Source of the DNA: Dehalococcoidia bacterium
GTDB taxonomy: Bacteria > Chloroflexota > Dehalococcoidia > Plut-88900
NCBI GenBank assembly: GCA_965249275.1
Contig: CBDFLQ010000007.1
Location: 1-64,000, forward strand
Direction: 5' to 3'
Length of the DNA: 64,000 nucleotides
Below the pieces are notes generated by a model. The model saw only the letters and a program-made list of their open reading frames with translations. It had not been told where the DNA came from and ran no database searches. This document shows positions 58,871 to 64,000 of this stretch, piece by piece. Made by a program: the position numbers and the translations under genes. Each line of letters begins with the position of its first letter. Position 1 is the first letter of the stretch.

Positions 58871-60118
58871 TCAGGTGTCTCGAGTCTCTCTGACCATGAG
58901 AACGATGGGTACCAGGAGAGCGGCGACGGCTGCCGTCATCAGGAAGCCGGGCCCGAGGGATGAGTAGGAATCTCGCAGCTCACCCATGATGTAGGGTCCG
59001 AAGAATCCGCCTACCTCCGCCGCGGCGAAGAACATTCCCGCCGCCACTCCCATCTTCGCCGCCCCGACACCCCGCGTCTCCATCAGCAACAGCGAGCACA
59101 TCGGCAGCATCGGTTGTGCGGCAAAGGTAAGCGCCATCAACGCAGCCACGGCTCCGGCGCCGGGAAGGAATACCATTGACGTGGCTGCGACCGCGCAGAC
59201 CACGAGCTGTAGACTCGTCATCGGGACTCGGTATCCTCGCTTTACGAAACCCGGTATGGCCAGCAGTCCGGTGAGCCCTACCCCAGTCGCGAGCGCAGCC
59301 CACAACCCTCCCGCATCCAGCGACATCCCTTTCTCCTCCAGGAAAGCGGGAGCCCAGCTTGAGTTGCCAACGTGCACAACGAAAGTTCCCATAGCGAGAA
59401 TCAGGATGATTTTTACATTCCTCAATCGGAGCAGGGACGTGAACTCCTTCAGAGCTAGAGAGCGGGTGGCCAGATGCGTGCTGGTGGCGCGGGTCTCTGG
59501 TTCCCTCGCAAATAGGACCCAGGCCACGAGGATGAGTGCGACTAGAATGCCGTAGACCAGGGAGATGCCTCGCCAGGACCCTGTCAGGGGCTCGACCACC
59601 GTGTTGGCGGTGGCGAAAGCCAGGCTGATACCCGATGCCGGACCCGTTGAGTAGATTCCCGTGGCAATGCCGCGCTCTCGGCCTTCGAACCAGACGGATA
59701 CCAGTTTCGGGGAGCCCACCGAGATCAGCGGCCCGCCGAACCCGAACAGGCCCACGGTGAAGAACAGCTGGAGGAAGTTCTGGGAGAGGCCGCGCGCGAT
59801 CAGTGAAAGCAGAATTATCAGGATCCCCAATCCCAGCGACTTACGCAGCCCCAGCCTGTCTACTAACAGGCCCACAACGGGCGCAAAGAAGATGTATACG
59901 ACATGCCAGCTCCCGTGCACCAGCCCCATCTGTGCCGAGTTCATGTTGAGCTCTTCCTGGATCGGCGTGACGAGAGGTGAGATAGTCCCGAAGGTCAGGC
60001 CGAAGGAGAAGTAGAGAGACCAGCACAGGCCGACCATAAGCCAACGGGCTCGGGGCTTGGACGCGGGCACGGGATAGGGGGAAACTGCCGCAGCGGGGAC
60101 GGGGGGAGATGGAGGCAT
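58871..60118 (-). CDS. MFS transporter
   Basis: About 12 hydrophobic segments; GLLVDRLGLRK (MFS motif A). Confidence 0.88.
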   Translation of the reverse strand: MPPSPPVPAAAVSPYPVPASKPRARWLMVGLCWSLYFSFGLTFGTISPLVTPIQEELNMNSAQMGLVHGSWHVVYIFFAPVVGLLVDRLGLRKSLGLGILIILLSLIARGLSQNFLQLFFTVGLFGFGGPLISVGSPKLVSVWFEGRERGIATGIYSTGPASGISLAFATANTVVEPLTGSWRGISLVYGILVALILVAWVLFAREPETRATSTHLATRSLALKEFTSLLRLRNVKIILILAMGTFVVHVGNSSWAPAFLEEKGMSLDAGGLWAALATGVGLTGLLAIPGFVKRGYRVPMTSLQLVVCAVAATSMVFLPGAGAVAALMALTFAAQPMLPMCSLLLMETRGVGAAKMGVAAGMFFAAAEVGGFFGPYIMGELRDSYSSLGPGFLMTAAVAALLVPIVLMVRETRDT

Positions 60119-60275
60119 GGGAATAAGATAGTAACAGGGGTGGAATAGGTAGTCTATGAGGCGGTTGGGGTGGAGGATTGGGCGGAGCTATATCTGATAT
60201 GATGCTCGCTGTTCACTTGAAAACGTGTGAATTCGCACAAGGTTCCACGCTGGTCATGCCTGAGGAGGTTACATA

Positions 60276-60956
60276 ATGCTAACGTACAAGAATCGGGACA
60301 TCCCCGAGACCTTCGCCGAGATAGTCGACCCGAAACACACTGCCCTAATCGTCCACGAGATGCTCAACGATTTCCTGAACCCCAACGGGGAGTTCGCAAG
60401 GACCATCCCCGACAACCCCCTGGTGAAATGCATGCCCGATCAGGTCGGGCCCCTGATCAACCTGGTCAACGAGGCCCGGGCAGCCGGTGTGAAGGTCATA
60501 TACGTCGGCTGGACGAACTACCCCGACAACAGCACCCGTGCGGACCCCGAGATCCGGCTCGCCTACGATCAGATCATGGACGGGACCTACGTCATGCAGC
60601 GGTGCCTGATGGAAAACACCTGGGGCCACGACGTGATAGACGAACTCAAGCCCGCGCCCGGAGACCTTGTGATCAACAAGTACAAGCGTGACGCCTTCGC
60701 CGGGACCAGCCTTGAGGCCATCCTCCAGTGGAACCGGATAAAGACCTTCATCATCGTTGGGATTGGGGTCCACGTCGGGATCATCCCGACGGTCAGCAAC
60801 GGGATGAACAAAGGTTACTTCACGGTTACTCCCGAGGACTGCATGGTCTCCCACGAGCGTGACTGGGTGGAGACTTCCATGAAGTTCTTCAGGATGTGGG
60901 GCTTCACCAACCCGTCCTCCGACATCATCGCCGCCTGGAAGGGTGAGGGGAACTAG
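60276..60956 (+). CDS. Isochorismatase / cysteine hydrolase family protein
   Basis: TALIVHEMLNDF, TWG..VIDELKP, K...DAF.GT.L. Confidence 0.82.
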   Translation: MLTYKNRDIPETFAEIVDPKHTALIVHEMLNDFLNPNGEFARTIPDNPLVKCMPDQVGPLINLVNEARAAGVKVIYVGWTNYPDNSTRADPEIRLAYDQIMDGTYVMQRCLMENTWGHDVIDELKPAPGDLVINKYKRDAFAGTSLEAILQWNRIKTFIIVGIGVHVGIIPTVSNGMNKGYFTVTPEDCMVSHERDWVETSMKFFRMWGFTNPSSDIIAAWKGEGN

Positions 60957-62560
60957 GCGGAATGTGACGCCTCTCCCTCGAGCATAGTCTTCAGGACGTC
61001 GTTCGTGCCGACGGAGCCGAGAAGCGCTCCGGACTCGCGGTCGACCACCGGGAAGACCGTGACGGCGTGCTCCGCCATCTGCTCCAGGAAGTCGTCGAGG
61101 GGTTCGTCGGGGTAAGTGACGACGGGCCTGCGATTCACCAGGCTTCCGATGCGGATGTTCGGCCAGGTATTTTGCGGCAAGCGGCGTACCCTGCGAAGTG
61201 AAAGAGTGCCGGCCAACTTCCCTTGGTCCTCGGTTACTACGTAGTCCTGTCGCTCATGTCCTGCCCACAGCTCCATGAACTGCTGCACCGTCAGGTTGGC
61301 ATTTGCGAAGCGCCGTCCCTTCTCCAGAATGTTGTTGACGGTGAGACCCTGGAGAGAGAATCGGGCGAAGGAAGGCACGATTGAGGTCGGGAGGGTTGCC
61401 TGCCGGGTTTCGTCGGTTCTCCTGATAGCCAGTCCCATGATTGGAGGCACCGCGAATATAAAACCGATCATGAGGAGCGTTAGCAGGGAGAACATCTCCC
61501 GCGAAATCACTTCGTTTTCCAGGAGAATGTGAAGGAAAGCTATTTCGATCACTCCTTTACCCATGATGCCGGAAGCCACCGCGAATCGACGCGACAATCG
61601 GGCCACCGTGACTCCCATCAAAGACCCTGCGGCTTTGGCAAATATCACCACTGGGATGACGGTTGCGAGGGTCGAGGCGGGCAAATTCGTGAAGGAAAGG
61701 TCCACTTGAGTCCCGGCGGAAGCGAAGAACAAGGGGATGAATACGCCTTGGGACAGGCCGCGAATCGAGGGCAGGATTTCGTTACGGAGTCGGCGGGGAA
61801 GGCCCGAGTTGACCATGCCGAATACCAGGGCGGCCAGTGCCTCGTCCATCCCGATCTCATGGGCGCCCCATACCACTATGAACAGGCTGCCTACCATAAG
61901 TGCAGAGGCAAGCTGGGGCGCTCCGATAATCCTTCTCAAGGAGACAAGGACCCGCGGTACAACCTTCGCTGAGAGCACCCATGACGCAACTACAAACAGA
62001 ATGATCTCTCCGAGCAAGACCACTATTTTCCAGCCCCCCAGCCCGCCGGGATGCGACGATTCCTCTAGCGCGAAACCCGCAACCAGCAGGCCGACAATCT
62101 CGACAATTACCACGGTAGTGAAGATTTCCAGGCCAACTGAGTCTTTCAACTTGCCGAGGTCTCCCAGCACGCGGGCGGCTATGCCCAGGCTCGAGAGTCC
62201 CATCAGGGAGGCCAAAGTGACGGCGTTGGGTACGGATAGGTCTATCACGTAGAGAAAGACCACCAGGTTGGCGGTAAATGGGACGGCGAAGCTGATGAGA
62301 GCGGCGACGAAGAAGCGGCCACGCAGGGTCCCGATGAAGCCGGATATGTCTATCTCATCGATTCCGATGAGGAAGAAAAGAAAGAGAACCCCGACTTCGA
62401 AGAAGAGCTTGGCTTCCTCGCCGGGCTCAAACCAGATGCCCAATATGATGCCCACGACGAGGTAGGCCAGGAGGGAGCTCTGTTTGAAGCGGACAGCCGC
62501 GCCCTCCAGCAGTTTGGCGCATACGAGGACGAGGCCAATGATCAGGAAATCGCTGGTCAT
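60953..62560 (-). CDS. Cation:proton antiporter (CPA2-like) with C-terminal CBS pair
   Basis: Hydrophobic N-terminal ~380 aa with FIPLFF; CBS-like segments YVVT..GKLAG and FPVVD...LLG. Confidence 0.82.
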   Translation of the reverse strand: MTSDFLIIGLVLVCAKLLEGAAVRFKQSSLLAYLVVGIILGIWFEPGEEAKLFFEVGVLFLFFLIGIDEIDISGFIGTLRGRFFVAALISFAVPFTANLVVFLYVIDLSVPNAVTLASLMGLSSLGIAARVLGDLGKLKDSVGLEIFTTVVIVEIVGLLVAGFALEESSHPGGLGGWKIVVLLGEIILFVVASWVLSAKVVPRVLVSLRRIIGAPQLASALMVGSLFIVVWGAHEIGMDEALAALVFGMVNSGLPRRLRNEILPSIRGLSQGVFIPLFFASAGTQVDLSFTNLPASTLATVIPVVIFAKAAGSLMGVTVARLSRRFAVASGIMGKGVIEIAFLHILLENEVISREMFSLLTLLMIGFIFAVPPIMGLAIRRTDETRQATLPTSIVPSFARFSLQGLTVNNILEKGRRFANANLTVQQFMELWAGHERQDYVVTEDQGKLAGTLSLRRVRRLPQNTWPNIRIGSLVNRRPVVTYPDEPLDDFLEQMAEHAVTVFPVVDRESGALLGSVGTNDVLKTMLEGEASHSA

Positions 62561-63471
62561 GCTGTGAGGCGGGGCAATGCAGCAGCGAGCGCCTTAATGT
62601 GGTCGGGCGTTGTGCCGCAGCACCCACCTATGGCCCGCGCTCCGAGCCCACTCCACTCCTTGGCGTAATCCAGGTATTCCTCGGGGGACATAGACTCTTC
62701 AAAGTCCCATCCCACGCCTTGATACACGGCGCCCTGTGCGTAGGCGCCTATTGGCATATTGTGATGTCCGGCCAGCTCCCTGAGGGCAGCCGTGACGTAC
62801 GGGGCCTGGCAGCAGTTGAGGAATAGCACCGAGGCGCTCGCATCTCTAACGGCGGCCTGAGCGTCCAGGATGCTTTCCCCTGACTTGACTCTGCCTTCCT
62901 CGTCGACCACGAATCCGGCCCAGGCAGGCATCCCGGCCTCAACGGCGGCCTTAACCCCCGCGACGGCCTCGTGGATTTTGGTGCATGTCTCGACGAGGAT
63001 TACGTCGACACCCGCTTGAGCCAGGACACGGACCTGCTCCCGATAGGCGGACAAGCATTCGTCGTATGGGAGGACGGCATCTGGGTTGTAGGACTGGCTG
63101 AGGGGGCCCAGGGAGCCAGCGACGATCACTTCACGGTCGGGCGCTGCAGCCCGAGCCTCAAGGGCGGCCTTTGCGGCCAGCTCGTTGAGTCGTACCACCT
63201 CGGCCTCGGCCTTCGCCTTGGAGATCCAGCCGATGTGGGTCAGCTTACCGACGTTGCAGTTATAAGTGTTGGTAATTGTTACTTCGGCCCCGGCACGGAT
63301 GAAGTCTTCGTGGATCTCCCGGATGCCTTCCGGGGACTCCAGCATCGCCGCTACCGAGAGCTCCGACGACCCTGCGGCGATGCCATGCCTTTTGATCTCG
63401 GTGCCCATTCCGCCGTCGAGGATGACGGCGTCGCCCCGGGCCAGTTTGGCGGTCAACGCAGCGAGGCTCAT
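62557..63471 (-). CDS. Homocysteine S-methyltransferase family protein
   Basis: LDGGMGTE, GSLGP, NCC, IGGCCGTTPDHI. Confidence 0.9.
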   Translation of the reverse strand: MSLAALTAKLARGDAVILDGGMGTEIKRHGIAAGSSELSVAAMLESPEGIREIHEDFIRAGAEVTITNTYNCNVGKLTHIGWISKAKAEAEVVRLNELAAKAALEARAAAPDREVIVAGSLGPLSQSYNPDAVLPYDECLSAYREQVRVLAQAGVDVILVETCTKIHEAVAGVKAAVEAGMPAWAGFVVDEEGRVKSGESILDAQAAVRDASASVLFLNCCQAPYVTAALRELAGHHNMPIGAYAQGAVYQGVGWDFEESMSPEEYLDYAKEWSGLGARAIGGCCGTTPDHIKALAAALPRLTA

Positions 63472-63489
63472 TCCGGCACCCCCTATGTG

Positions 63490-64000
63490 CTACTCTCTCA
63501 TCCCTTCCAGTACGGTCGCGACACCCTTCTGCAGGTCCTCGAACACCTCGCGGACGCTGCGTCGCGCGTCAATCGTCTCAAACTCGTACTGTTTGGAGAG
63601 GCTGCGAAATTCCTCGATGAGCGACTCCTGGTAGCGGACGAAGCTGGCGTAACGATCGGGCTCCCGAAGGAAGTCGTGCCCCGACTCCCAGTGATCGAGC
63701 TCACGGTTTGCCATGACGCGGGGAATCAGGTGTTCCAAGTCCACGTCCAAGAAATAGATTTTATCCGGTACCATTGCGAACTCCATCACGTCGTCGAGCC
63801 ATTGGGGGGGGACGCCTCGAACCCTGGCACGCGCCATAATTGAGAAGATGTAGCGGTCGCCCAGGATGACCATGCCGGCCTCAAGCGCCGGCAATATGCT
63901 CCTCTCCATTCGGTCCCAGAAATCGGTAGCGTAGAAGAGGTTGAGGGTAAGGTAGTCAAGGATATGCCCCCGCTTGGCGCGGTCTATCCCGCTGCCCGTG
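63490..64000 (-). CDS. Thymidylate kinase-like protein (5' part beyond window edge)
   Basis: Frame open to the window edge: ..LFYATDFWDR.E..ILPAL..G..ILGDRY, PD..YFLDV. Confidence 0.75.
   Translation of the reverse strand, partial: TGSGIDRAKRGHILDYLTLNLFYATDFWDRMERSILPALEAGMVILGDRYIFSIMARARVRGVPPQWLDDVMEFAMVPDKIYFLDVDLEHLIPRVMANRELDHWESGHDFLREPDRYASFVRYQESLIEEFRSLSKQYEFETIDARRSVREVFEDLQKGVATVLEGMRE

Overview
GC-rich bacterial chromosome segment dense in catabolic paralogs: six luciferase-like monooxygenases, three M24/creatinase-fold enzymes, five amidohydrolases, two family III CoA transferases, an acyl-CoA dehydrogenase pair and a xanthine-dehydrogenase-family Mo subunit. This content is typical of SAR202-like Chloroflexota (inference). 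Defence-type modules are scattered through it: two VapBC/FitAB pairs, MNT-HEPN, an NspV-like R-M system, a DUF262 gene broken by one stop codon, and rtcB. The most unusual feature is a ~630-bp non-coding element present twice (1-645 and 40165-40800). Its ~400-nt core is closed by a 13-bp long-range helix, many substitutions fall in loops and linkers, and its internal ORF is frameshifted between copies. The second copy follows a sigma70-like promoter overlapped by a LexA-like GTAC-N4-GTAC box, making it a candidate large, possibly SOS-controlled, structured RNA. Two integrase-free insertions (the R-M cassette and a Na/Pi cotransporter) are each bracketed by an 85-96 bp duplication of a host gene end. 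All calls come from reading the sequence and ORF track by eye; no database searches were run.
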